Assembly (NCBI GenBank): GCA_965219955.1
Contig: OZ244799.1
Span: forward strand, 1,728,001 to 1,792,000
Source: a bacterium
Lineage (GTDB): Bacteria > UBA8248
Reading direction: 5' to 3'
DNA: 64,000 nucleotides
The notes below the pieces were generated by a model. That model ran no database searches, had not been told where the DNA came from, and saw only the letters and a program-made list of their open reading frames with translations. The position numbers were made by a program, and so were the translations under genes. This document shows, piece after piece, positions 21,321-30,974 of the stretch (positions within the stretch are counted from its first letter, which is position 1; every line of letters starts with the position of its first letter).

Positions 21321-22397
21321 GTGAATGACCACTCCCAGGAAAATCTCGCGTTCGAGAACGAACGCGTGAAGGTTCGCGACACGCCCGAGGCGATGGCGCG
21401 CCTGCTCGAAGCCCGGGGCTGGGGCGATGGTCTGCCCGTCGTTCCCCCCACGCCCGAGCGCGTCGCCCGGATGGTGGAGGGCGCAGGGCTCGCGCCCGAT
21501 GCGGAAATCGGCCTCATGCCCCCACGTCAGGGAGTCATCTCCACCGAGGCCCTCGCCGTGAACGCCGTGATGGCCGGCTGTCATCCGTCTTACATGCCCG
21601 TTCTGGTGGCCGCGGTCCGGGCGGTGCTGGCGCCCGAGTTCTCGCTCCACGCGATTCAGGCGACGACCCACCCGGTGGCGCCCCTCATCATCGTGAACGG
21701 CCCCATCGTCGGGGAAATCGGACTGAACGCGGAATATGGGTGCTTCGCCCCCGGAAACCGGGCGAACGCGACGATTGGCCGCGCGATGCGCCTGGCGCTC
21801 CTGAACGTGGGCGGCGCGAGCCCGGGCGTACTGGACCGCGCCACCCAAGGATCACCTGCGAAATACGCGTTCTGCATCGCCGAGAACGAGGCGGCCTCCC
21901 CCTGGGAGCCGCTGCATGTGGAGCGCGGCTTTGCGCCCGATGAGAGCGCCGTGACGCTCGTGGGCTGCGAGGGCCCCCACAACGTCAACGACCACGTGAG
22001 CCACACGGCGGAGGGCATCCTCGCCACCGCCGCCGACACGATGTCCATCATGGGGAGCAACAATTTCTACCTGCGCGGAGAACCCGTTCTCGCCTTGGGC
22101 CCCGAGCACGCGGCGACCATCGCGGGAGACGGCCTCACGAAGGCGGACGTGAAGGAGAGAATTTTCGAACTCGCCCGTAAGCCCGTGCGCCGGCTCAGGC
22201 GCGGCGCCATGTGGGGAATGCAGACCTGGGGCGAGGAAATAGCCGAACACGAAGACGACGATGATTTCGAGATCCCGCTTCTGGACGAACCGGACGATTT
22301 GCTCCTCATCGTGACGGGCGGGGCCGGCAAGCATTCGTGCTACATGCCCACCTTCGGCCCCACGCGCTCGGTGACCGGGCGAATCGATATGGTCTGA
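21321..22397 (+). CDS. Conserved protein typically paired with UGSC (seleno)proteins
   Basis: GWGDGLPVVPPTPERV, AVNAVMAGC, RANATIGRA, AENEAASPWEPLHVERGF, GGAGKHS. Confidence 0.85.
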   Translation: MNDHSQENLAFENERVKVRDTPEAMARLLEARGWGDGLPVVPPTPERVARMVEGAGLAPDAEIGLMPPRQGVISTEALAVNAVMAGCHPSYMPVLVAAVRAVLAPEFSLHAIQATTHPVAPLIIVNGPIVGEIGLNAEYGCFAPGNRANATIGRAMRLALLNVGGASPGVLDRATQGSPAKYAFCIAENEAASPWEPLHVERGFAPDESAVTLVGCEGPHNVNDHVSHTAEGILATAADTMSIMGSNNFYLRGEPVLALGPEHAATIAGDGLTKADVKERIFELARKPVRRLRRGAMWGMQTWGEEIAEHEDDDDFEIPLLDEPDDLLLIVTGGAGKHSCYMPTFGPTRSVTGRIDMV

Positions 22398-22492
22398 GGA
22401 AAGCAGGAGTTCCCGACATCAGAGAAAGACGCCGCTATCGAATCGGTCGGAGATGACCCTCAAAAGGGAGGGTATCGCCGCGAATCGCTCTT

Positions 22493-23101
22493 TCAGGAAG
22501 CCTGCGAAACCGGGACCGGCGGCGGCAAAAGAGCCTCGGCCTGCTCCACGACGGATTCCAGAAAGCTCTCATCGGGGGAGACGCGCGACAGCACCCTGAG
22601 ACCCAGAAAAAGACCAAGCAAAGATTTTGCAGTCTGCTCCGGATCGACTTCAGGAGAAATCTCGCCGTTGGCCTGGCCCCGCTCGATGGAAGCGCGGAGA
22701 AACTCCGCCATGCCGGCGAACGCGCCGGCCACGAACGAAGCCACCTCCGGATCGTGCGCACCAAGCTCCAGGGCAACGTTTACTTCGAGGCAGCCGTCGC
22801 TCGAACCACTATCTATCACCTCCGAAGCGGCGGACTCGAACACGGACAGCACCGCCTTTCTCGGCGAGGCATGTTTTTCGAGCTCCTTGATCGGCGCCTC
22901 GCGATAGAGTTGGTCGTAGCGGCGAAGCGCCCGCAAGAACATCTCGCGCTTATCTCCAAACGCGTGGTACAAGCTCCCTCTGAAAAGGCCTGTGGCGTTC
23001 TCGAGATCTCGAATCGACGTTGCCGAATAGCCGTAACGCCAGAATTGGTTCATCGCTTTCATCAAAACCTCGTCCATATCGAACTTCGGCAGTTTTCCCA
23101 T
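22493..23101 (-). CDS. TetR/AcrR family regulator
   Basis: FWRYGYSATSIRDLENATGLFRGSLYHAFGDK HTH; GCLEVN. Confidence 0.92.
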   Translation of the reverse strand: MGKLPKFDMDEVLMKAMNQFWRYGYSATSIRDLENATGLFRGSLYHAFGDKREMFLRALRRYDQLYREAPIKELEKHASPRKAVLSVFESAASEVIDSGSSDGCLEVNVALELGAHDPEVASFVAGAFAGMAEFLRASIERGQANGEISPEVDPEQTAKSLLGLFLGLRVLSRVSPDESFLESVVEQAEALLPPPVPVSQAS

Positions 23102-23247
23102 GGGTCCTCTCTCCATTTGCCTGGTGAAGCGCAAATTCCCTCGCATGTCACATCCCGGTTTGGCGGATCCGATCATAAAATCGAACAAATATCGCCCCAG
23201 ATTAGCACACGAAAAAGCCCATTTCACGAAAAATCGCACCCTGTCGG

Positions 23248-23860
23248 CGCTGTTGAAAACCACCCCCTGTCCCCCCTTTTCAAAGGGATAAAGGCAATGG
23301 ACCTCGACGAGGGGGGAGGTGGATGGAAAAACCCCTCTGACAAGGGGCTGTTGAAAAAGTCCTTCTTGTCAGGGGACAAAGGCACCCCCCCCTACCCCCC
23401 CTTGTCAGGGTTGTTGAAAAAGTCCTGATGAACGGAGATCGCAGGTTTTGTAGGGACAGGCCTCAGTGCCTGTCCTGACGAAGGACAACCACGGAGGGTT
23501 GTCCCTACAACCGCCAATCCTACTTTATCCGGCTTTTTCAACAGCCCCTTGTCAGGGGTCAAACGCGAGTGATGAACGAGCGTTTGCATAAGCCATTGAC
23601 GAGAAACACATCGTCTTGCAAAACCTCCCTCTTCGGTCGGTTTTGACCCCTGAAAAGGGGGGGTAGGGGGGGGCCTTTCAACAAATGAGGGGGCAATCGA
23701 ACCGACCGAGGAGGCGCCGCCCCGTAGGGACAGGCCTCCATGCCTGTCCTGATTCGAACCATCCTGCAAAAAGGACAACCACGGAGGGCGGGACAACCCC
23801 AAAGGGTTGTCCCTACAACCGCAACACCGACTGACGAGGGGTTTTTCAAAACCCCGTTCG
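23248..23860. repeat. Intergenic REP/MITE-like cluster
   Basis: Several GCTGTTGAAAA / TTTTTCAACAGCCCC ends and GTAGGGACAGGCC...GTTGTCCCTAC doublets. Confidence 0.85.
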
Positions 23861-23945
23861 CGTTGCCTCGGGATCGGCCCCGTGTTAGATTCCCTTCTCT
23901 GGGGAAGATGACCTTTCTTTTGATGAGATGCGAGGGGGAGAACCC

Positions 23946-24338
23946 ATGGCGAAACAACAAATCAACTCCGATAAGGTAAAGCCGGTCGCCGCGTATTCGA
24001 CGGGCTGGAAGGTATCGAACGGACATCTCATCATGCTGGCGGGACAGGTGGCGGTCGACGTGGACGGCAACACCGTCGGAGGCGACGACATCAGGGGCCA
24101 GACCCGGCAGGTGTACGAGAACATCAAGTTCGCGCTGGAGGCGACGGGCGCCGGGATGGCGGACATCATCCGCCTGACCGTCTATATCACCGACCCTGCG
24201 AATGTCCCGGGGTGCATGGAGGTGCGGCAGACATATTTCAGCGAGCCGTACCCGGCGAGTACGCTCCTGGTCGTGAGCGGCCTGGCGAAACCCGAATGGC
24301 TCATCGAGATAGACGCGATCGCCTTCGTGGAAGACTAG
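23946..24338 (+). CDS. RidA/YjgF family protein
   Basis: LAGQV, QTRQVYENI, PASTLLVVSGLAKPEWLIEIDAIA. Confidence 0.92.
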   Translation: MAKQQINSDKVKPVAAYSTGWKVSNGHLIMLAGQVAVDVDGNTVGGDDIRGQTRQVYENIKFALEATGAGMADIIRLTVYITDPANVPGCMEVRQTYFSEPYPASTLLVVSGLAKPEWLIEIDAIAFVED

Positions 24339-24342
24339 AAGC

Positions 24343-25197
24343 ATGAGCAGCCGCAGGTCCATCGCCGAAACGCTCGTGCTCGTCAAGGGAGGCGGCGACC
24401 TCGCCACCGGCGTGGCGCATCGTCTGCACCGCGCGGGTTTTCCGGTCGTGATCACCGAAATCGAAAACCCCACCATGGTGAGGCGCACCGTCTCCTTCGC
24501 CGAGTGTCTGTATGCGGATGGGTGGAGAGTGGAGGGCGTGACCTCCGCCCGCGCGGCCGGCGAGACGCCCGCGGAAAAAGCAGAGAACGCGCGCGCCATT
24601 CTTGATGCCGGTTCGGTTCCGGTGATGGTGGATCCGCGCGCCGAGGTGGTCGCTCATCTTCGGCCCGCCGTCGTGGTCGATGCGATTCTCGCGAAGCGAA
24701 ACCTCGGCACGCGCATCGACGACGCGGAGGTCGTTATCGGCCTGGGGCCGGGATTCACGGCGGGCGTCGATTGCCACGCCGTGGTCGAGACCTCCCGGGG
24801 ACACGACCTGGGACGTGTGATCCTGGAGGGCGCCGCGAAGCCGAACACCGGCGTTCCGGGCCCGATCGGCGGCTACACCACCGAGCGGCTGCTGCGGGCG
24901 CCCAAAGCCGGCGTATTCACCTCCATCGCCAAAATCGGCGACGCGGTGCGCGCCGGAGAGGCCGTCGCCCGCGTGGACGACGCCGAAGTGACCTCCGCCA
25001 TCGACGGCGTTTTGCGCGGGCTCCTGAGAGACGGCATCGAGGTGAGCGCGGGCTTCAAGGTGGGCGACGTCGACCCGAGGGCCGAGCCCGCCCATTGCCA
25101 CACGATATCGGATAAATCGCGCGCCATCGGCGGCGGCGCGCTCGAGGCCATCATGATGTTCCTGTTCGGCGTTTCAGCCATGGAGTATGCGAATTGA
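24343..25197 (+). CDS. yqeB: Selenium-dependent molybdenum hydroxylase system protein YqeB
   Basis: VKGGGDLATGVAHRL, VRRTVSF, VDAILAKRNLGT, GLGPGFTAG, ETSRGHDLGR, KVGDVDPR, ISDKSRAIGGG. Confidence 0.93.
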   Translation: MSSRRSIAETLVLVKGGGDLATGVAHRLHRAGFPVVITEIENPTMVRRTVSFAECLYADGWRVEGVTSARAAGETPAEKAENARAILDAGSVPVMVDPRAEVVAHLRPAVVVDAILAKRNLGTRIDDAEVVIGLGPGFTAGVDCHAVVETSRGHDLGRVILEGAAKPNTGVPGPIGGYTTERLLRAPKAGVFTSIAKIGDAVRAGEAVARVDDAEVTSAIDGVLRGLLRDGIEVSAGFKVGDVDPRAEPAHCHTISDKSRAIGGGALEAIMMFLFGVSAMEYAN

Positions 25198-26078
25198 CTA
25201 CCGAAATATTGAGTGAAACCGTGGAAAACGGCGCCTACCGCATCGGGCGCAGCGAAATCCCCATCAACGAGACCAACGGCAACTCCTTCGTCCCCCCGGC
25301 GCAGTTCTATCTGGCGGCGGGCGACGCGCTCGAGCGAATCGCGTGGGCGGTGAGCAGCAACCTGCCCGTCCTCCTCGTGGGGGAGACCGGCGTCGGCAAG
25401 ACCCTCTCGGTGCGCCACCTCGCCCACATGACCAACAACGGCTTCCGGCGCGTGAACCTGAACGGCATGACCACGGTCGATGAGTTCGTGGGCAAGCTGA
25501 TGATCAACGAACAGGGCACCTACTGGGTGAACGGCATCCTGGTCGACGCCATGGAATCGGGCGACTGGCTGCTCATCGACGAGATCAACGCGTGCCTGCC
25601 GGAAATCGCCTTTTGCCTGCACAGCCTGCTCGACGACGACCGCATGATCGTCTTGTCCGAATACGACGGACGCATCGTCAAGCCCCACCCGAACTTCCGG
25701 CTCTTCGCCAGCATGAACCCGCACGAGGACCGCAGATACGGCGGCACCAAGCCCCTGAACGAGGCGCTTCTGGACCGCTTCCCGGTCACCGTGAAGATGA
25801 ACTACCTGCCTTTCGAGGCGGAAGTCGAGGTCATCATGCAGCAGAGCGGGAACCACGATGAGGAACTCGTCAAGCGCATGGTGCGCGTGGGCCACGACGT
25901 GCGCGAGGCCATGCAGAACGAAAAGGTGTTCTGCACGTTCAGCACCCGGCGCCTCATCGACTGGGCGCGCATGGCGGCGCAGTTCGACCCCATGGAAGCC
26001 GCCGTCTCGACCATTTTCAGCAAGGTCAACTCTTTCGACGCCAAAGTGCTCGAGGACATCGTAGACAACCACTTCTAG
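25194..26078 (+). CDS. MoxR-clade AAA+ ATPase (CbbQ/NirQ/NorQ type)
   Basis: Walker A GETGVGKT, Walker B LLIDEIN, ALLDRF, STRRL; TTG start overlaps yqeB stop. Confidence 0.9.
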   Translation: MTTEILSETVENGAYRIGRSEIPINETNGNSFVPPAQFYLAAGDALERIAWAVSSNLPVLLVGETGVGKTLSVRHLAHMTNNGFRRVNLNGMTTVDEFVGKLMINEQGTYWVNGILVDAMESGDWLLIDEINACLPEIAFCLHSLLDDDRMIVLSEYDGRIVKPHPNFRLFASMNPHEDRRYGGTKPLNEALLDRFPVTVKMNYLPFEAEVEVIMQQSGNHDEELVKRMVRVGHDVREAMQNEKVFCTFSTRRLIDWARMAAQFDPMEAAVSTIFSKVNSFDAKVLEDIVDNHF

Positions 26079-26092
26079 CCGGGAGATGAGGC

Positions 26093-27865
26093 ATGGAACG
26101 CCGACGCGCCCGTCTCGAAGCGCTCGCGCAGGTGACCGCGCACGATTACGACCTCGCCCTGAACTTCGGCCCCAAGGCGAAGAACGGCGAAGACGCCATT
26201 CACGTCGAGGACCCCGAACAGACCCTGGCGCGCCTGGGCGGCGGACTCAACGACGAGCACGTCTTGAGATTCCAGAAGGGCATGACGCTCATCGAGGTGG
26301 CCCACAAAATCCACGGCACGTTCCCCTGGGCGGGCCGCGCCGCGCTCGCGAACCGCGAGAGGCCGGGCTTGTTTCACATCTGGCACACGCTCGAGGACGC
26401 GCGGTGCGAAAACCGCCTCGCGGAATCGCTGCCCGGCACCAAGAAGAATTTCCGCGCCTTCATCCTCCCGGCCATCGAGGCGGCCCAGCGCAACCAGATG
26501 AGCGGGCAACTCCCCCTGTTTCTCCAGATCCAGTGGGGAATCTACCTCGCCGGGATCGGGCAGACGCCCGGCGTCCCCTCCTCCCGGCCCGGGGATTTGC
26601 CCGCGGCCTGGTTCGATACCGCCGTCGTTCAGATTTTTCACAGGCTCATCCCGCTGGTAGACCGCGCCTGCGCCGCCGATGACCCCAAAACCGCCTTCGA
26701 TTGCGCCAACGAGATTTATGACGCCATCCAGCGGTATCTCACCGAAGATCAACTCTCCCGGATGAGCGACGATCAGGATTTATCGGAAATTCCCGAGGAA
26801 ATTCTGCAGAAGATCGAGAGCCAGAACCTGGAGGGCGACGATGACGAAGCGCTCGAGATGCTCCACCCCGAGGCGGCGGAGGAAATCGACGAGGAAGACG
26901 TGGGCGAGCAGGTCGAACTCAGCCCCGAGGAACTCGCGGCGCTCGGGCACTGGGCCGCGCCCTGGTTCGAACTCGAAGGGAACAAGAAGGAAATCCACCC
27001 CACCGCCGAGCACCCTGATGAGCGCACCATCGTGTTGCCGCCCGAGGGCAAGGCCGAGGAATACGCGGCGGTCATCGACAACGCGGGCAGCCACATCAAG
27101 GTGCTGGTGTGGAAGCTCATGCAGATCATCCAGGAGAGAACCTATACCCGGTTCAGCGGCTCGCACCGTTCGGGCAAGCTGAACCTCCCGAAGCTGTGGA
27201 AGCAGCGGCTGGGGAAATTCCATCTCTTCCACCGGAAAGAAGAGCCCGAGAAGCTCGACGTGTGCTTCACGCTGCTCGTGGACGAGAGCGGCAGCATGAA
27301 CCGCGAGTCGAAGTACATGGCCGCCAGGGAAGCGACCATATTCTTCGCCGAGGCGCTCGACCGCCTCGACGTGCCCTTCGAGGTCATCGGCTATTCCACC
27401 GAGAGTTCGGAAGCCGCCATGGCGGCGGCCCTCGGCCACATCCCCGCGTTCAAGTTCCGGCACATCCGGCACTCGCCGCTCCAGCACCGCATCTACAAGG
27501 GTTTCGAGGATCATTTCGCCCAGGTCAAGAACAGGCTCGTCAACATCTACCCGCGCTTCAACAACTGGGACGAGGAACACCTGCTCTTCGCCTACCGCAG
27601 GCTCATCCAGCGGCCCGAGGAGGAGAAAATCATCATCATCACCTCCGACGGCCAGCCCAACGGGGACGCGACCCACCTCGTGAACACGGTGAACCGGCTC
27701 CAGAAGCTCGGGGTGCGCGTCATCGGCGTCGGCGTGGTGGACCCCTTCGTGGAGCAGATCTACCCCAACCACATCGTGGTGCAGGACCTCTCCCAGCTTT
27801 CCACCGAACTCGTGAACATCCTGAGGCGCGAATTGCTCGGCGGCCTGGAGAGCCGCAATTGGTAG
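26093..27865 (+). CDS. VWA-domain partner protein (CbbO/NorD/CobT-like)
   Basis: LEDARCEN N-terminal motif, acidic linker, MIDAS LLVDESGSM and TSDGQP. Confidence 0.88.
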   Translation: MERRRARLEALAQVTAHDYDLALNFGPKAKNGEDAIHVEDPEQTLARLGGGLNDEHVLRFQKGMTLIEVAHKIHGTFPWAGRAALANRERPGLFHIWHTLEDARCENRLAESLPGTKKNFRAFILPAIEAAQRNQMSGQLPLFLQIQWGIYLAGIGQTPGVPSSRPGDLPAAWFDTAVVQIFHRLIPLVDRACAADDPKTAFDCANEIYDAIQRYLTEDQLSRMSDDQDLSEIPEEILQKIESQNLEGDDDEALEMLHPEAAEEIDEEDVGEQVELSPEELAALGHWAAPWFELEGNKKEIHPTAEHPDERTIVLPPEGKAEEYAAVIDNAGSHIKVLVWKLMQIIQERTYTRFSGSHRSGKLNLPKLWKQRLGKFHLFHRKEEPEKLDVCFTLLVDESGSMNRESKYMAAREATIFFAEALDRLDVPFEVIGYSTESSEAAMAAALGHIPAFKFRHIRHSPLQHRIYKGFEDHFAQVKNRLVNIYPRFNNWDEEHLLFAYRRLIQRPEEEKIIIITSDGQPNGDATHLVNTVNRLQKLGVRVIGVGVVDPFVEQIYPNHIVVQDLSQLSTELVNILRRELLGGLESRNW

Positions 27866-28686
27866 CGGAAGACGACGTCGTTCGCTCCCTCGGGGTCGCG
27901 CCGGGCCAGAGCGTCGCGGCGGTCGGCGGAGGCGGAAAGACGAGCCTGCTGACGGCCATCGCCAGGCAGTTTCATGCGCAAAGCGGAAAACCGGCGATTC
28001 TCACGACGACGACGAAGATTTTCGCGCCGCTCCCCGAGGAAGGGCTCGGGCTCGCCCTGGGCGACATCGATACGCTCTCCAAAAACCTCCGCCCCTACAC
28101 GGGCGCGTGCGGCGTCTCGTGGTTCGCCCGCAGCCGCGAGGGAAAAGCGCCGGTTCCGGGCCGGGAGAGCGAGCGGCGCATGAAGCTGAGTGGATTTGCG
28201 CCCTCAGAAATCGAACGCCTGAAGCTCGCCGACGCCCTCACGCTCATCGAGGCGGACGGCGCGAGGAGACTGCCCATCAAGGCGCCGGGGCCTGATGAAC
28301 CCGTATTGCCCGAAGGCCTCGACGCCGTATTGGGCGTCGTGGGACTCGACGCGCTGGGCGCGCCATTGAGGGAGTCGCACGTTTTTCGCCCCGAGGCGCT
28401 CGCTCGAATCTGCGGCCTGGGGTCCGGTGAGGAGATAACGGCCCAAGCCGTCGGGAGATTGTGCGCGCATCCTGATGGTCTTTTTCACAAGGCGGAGGCC
28501 GGCGCGCGCAAATGGATTATCTTGAACAAGGCCGATCTGGAAACCTCGCTGGAAAAACTCGAAAAAACGGCCTATACTATATGGGAGTTGGCCGGAAAGC
28601 CTCATGGTCCGGCGGACGGCATCCTCTTCACATCTTGTATGAACAACGAATGTGAAGTATTCATGCGGATCGCATCGGATACGTAG
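27859..28686 (+). CDS. yqeC: Selenium cofactor biosynthesis protein YqeC
   Basis: 3' part of ORF 27109-28686: VGGGGKTS, LTTTTKI, IEADGARRLPIKAP, LNKAD; TTG start overlapping the VWA stop. Confidence 0.9.
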   Translation: MVAEDDVVRSLGVAPGQSVAAVGGGGKTSLLTAIARQFHAQSGKPAILTTTTKIFAPLPEEGLGLALGDIDTLSKNLRPYTGACGVSWFARSREGKAPVPGRESERRMKLSGFAPSEIERLKLADALTLIEADGARRLPIKAPGPDEPVLPEGLDAVLGVVGLDALGAPLRESHVFRPEALARICGLGSGEEITAQAVGRLCAHPDGLFHKAEAGARKWIILNKADLETSLEKLEKTAYTIWELAGKPHGPADGILFTSCMNNECEVFMRIASDT

Positions 28687-28717
28687 CGATCATCACTTCA
28701 CGTAGGCGGAGCAAGCA

Positions 28718-29863
28718 ATGAGCAAGGACGTTTTCAGGGAAATGGCGAAGCTCAAGGGAGACGGCCAGAGCGGCGCGCTCGCCACCGTCGTGGCCCGCAA
28801 GGGGTCCGCGCCCATGAGCGGCGATGCGAAGATGCTCGTGCGTGAGGACGGCAGCACGGAAGGTACCGTCGGCGGCGGTTGTCTCGAGGCCGAGGTGTGG
28901 GAAACCGCGATGAGCGTCCTGGAAACGGGCGAACCCGAAAAGCTCCGCTTCGACCTCACCCAGCAGGAAGCCGAAGACAGCGGCCACATCTGCGGCGGCG
29001 TGGTGGAGATACTCGTGGAGCCGTTCCAGGCGTTTCAGGCGGATTTGCTCGATGAGATCAACCGCATCAGGAACCATGGCGGCAGCGCGGCGCTGGCGAC
29101 CATCGTTCAGCCGGGCGATCTCGACGTCCCGGCGCCGGAAGCAAGAAAAATGCTGTTCAGGCGCGACGGCAGCGCCTTGGGCGAGATTCCCAACTATTCA
29201 ACGGAGATATGGGCGGAGAGCACCCAAATCATCCGCAACGGCAGCCCCACGCTCCTGCAGTTCAACACGGACGCCGCACGGGCAGGCGGGAAAAGATCCA
29301 CGCTCGAAGAAGCTACGGAAATTTTCGTCGAACCCATATCCGGCCAGCCCCTCGTCTATATCTTCGGCGGCGGGCACGTGTCGTTCTGCGTCGCGCAGGC
29401 GGCCTATCTCGCTGGCTTCAGGGTCTCGATCGTCGAGGACAGGCCCTCGTTCGCCAACAAGGAGCGCTTCCCGATGGCGGAGTCGTTCTTCGTCGGCGAA
29501 TTCCCCGATATTTTCGAGAAAATCCCGGTTGACGAGTCCGACTACCTGGCCATCATCACGCGGGGCCATTCGAACGACGAGGTCGTCCTCGAATGGGCGA
29601 TGGAGACGCCCGCGCGCTATATCGGGATGATCGGCTCCAAGAGCAAGGTGCTGCTCACCTATCGCCACCTCCAGGACAAGGGCTACGACAGAGGCGAGCT
29701 CATCGAGCGCGTCCACGCGCCCATAGGTCTCGACATCGGCGCCGATACGCCGGGCGAGATAGGCGTCGCCATCGTCGCCGAACTCATCAGGCATCGCCGT
29801 CAGGGCGAGGCGCAGAGTGAGGGCACGGGCAGCAAACGGGTGCAACTCAGAAGAAAATCTTAA
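28718..29863 (+). CDS. xdhC: XdhC/CoxI family molybdenum hydroxylase accessory protein
   Basis: GSAP, GTVGGGCLE, ICGG, FGGGHVS, YIGMIGS, HAPIGLDIGADTPGEI. Confidence 0.92.
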   Translation: MSKDVFREMAKLKGDGQSGALATVVARKGSAPMSGDAKMLVREDGSTEGTVGGGCLEAEVWETAMSVLETGEPEKLRFDLTQQEAEDSGHICGGVVEILVEPFQAFQADLLDEINRIRNHGGSAALATIVQPGDLDVPAPEARKMLFRRDGSALGEIPNYSTEIWAESTQIIRNGSPTLLQFNTDAARAGGKRSTLEEATEIFVEPISGQPLVYIFGGGHVSFCVAQAAYLAGFRVSIVEDRPSFANKERFPMAESFFVGEFPDIFEKIPVDESDYLAIITRGHSNDEVVLEWAMETPARYIGMIGSKSKVLLTYRHLQDKGYDRGELIERVHAPIGLDIGADTPGEIGVAIVAELIRHRRQGEAQSEGTGSKRVQLRRKS

Positions 29864-29944
29864 AGTTCCACGCCGCAATCGGCCCATACGAGGGGGCCGC
29901 ACTCCTTATTACCCGGGACCCGAAGCGAGCATATCGCAAGAGTC

Positions 29945-30700
29945 ATGGGTTATCTCCGCAGGCTCATCGGCGCAGCGACGGACTTCCTCATCCCCCCGAA
30001 GTGCCTCTTGTGTTCGGCTTCGATGGAGATCGGCGCTCCCCATGCGATATGCGCCCCCTGCACGGAAGCCTTCGAGCGCTTTGAACCCCCCTGGTGTCCC
30101 AGGTGCGGCAATCCTTTCCACTCCCTGACCACCCTCACCCATTCCCCGGCCCACGTCTGCGCGGATTGTCTGGAAAGCGGGCATCACTACGACATGGCCC
30201 GCGCCGTCGGCGCGTATGAGGACTCGCTGCGCGAAGCGGTCCACCTCTTCAAGTTCCAGGGCTTCACGAAGCTCGCGCGCGAGTTCGCACCCCATCTCGC
30301 AAAACTCGCGGCAGAGGAATTTGGTACCGGAGAAAACGCCCGAAACGTATTGGTGACTCACGTGCCCATCGACCCCGCCCGCTGGAGGACGAGAGGCTTC
30401 GATCAGGCGATGCTGCTCGCCCTCATGACGGCGGAACGTCTGGGCGTCCCCCACATGGACCTCCTCGAGCGCGCGAAGGCGACCCGCTCGCAGACGGGCC
30501 TCTCCGCAAGGGAGCGGCGCCGCAACATGCGGGGCGTCTTCCGGGTTCGCGCAAACAAGGCGAGTCCGGAAATCGAGGCGGCCACCTGCATTCTGGTAGA
30601 CGACGTCGTCACGACCGGCTCGACCGCCTCGGCCTGCGCCCGAGAACTCAAAAAAGCGGGCGCCGAAGCCGTGCACCTGCTGACGATATGCCGATCTTGA
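29945..30700 (+). CDS. comF: ComF family protein (double zinc ribbon plus PRTase)
   Basis: CLLC/CAPC/CPRC/CADC, RGFDQA, LVDDVVTTGST. Confidence 0.92.
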   Translation: MGYLRRLIGAATDFLIPPKCLLCSASMEIGAPHAICAPCTEAFERFEPPWCPRCGNPFHSLTTLTHSPAHVCADCLESGHHYDMARAVGAYEDSLREAVHLFKFQGFTKLAREFAPHLAKLAAEEFGTGENARNVLVTHVPIDPARWRTRGFDQAMLLALMTAERLGVPHMDLLERAKATRSQTGLSARERRRNMRGVFRVRANKASPEIEAATCILVDDVVTTGSTASACARELKKAGAEAVHLLTICRS

Positions 30701-30974
30701 GAGGCGCTTTTGTAGCGCGACCTGTCCCTACGGGTTAGGGCATCAAAAAGTCACAAGCAAAAATAATGAAATCAAGCAAATATGACGCAAGCCGTAAAAA
30801 CTATTTCGTTGACAACAAATAAGTTGACAACAAATTTGTTGCATGATTGCATTCGACGGATTTGTCGAACCGTAAGGAGATTTGCGCAAGGAAATCTTAT
30901 GAAATCATCCACTGTTCGCATGAGAGTTTTGCGAAGAATACGTTTGAGTTCCAGGGAAAGATAAGGGATATAAA

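Noticed and set aside
27109-27858. N-terminal extension of YqeC
   Set aside because: Alternate-frame overlap with the VWA gene; a TTG start with RBS lies at 27859.
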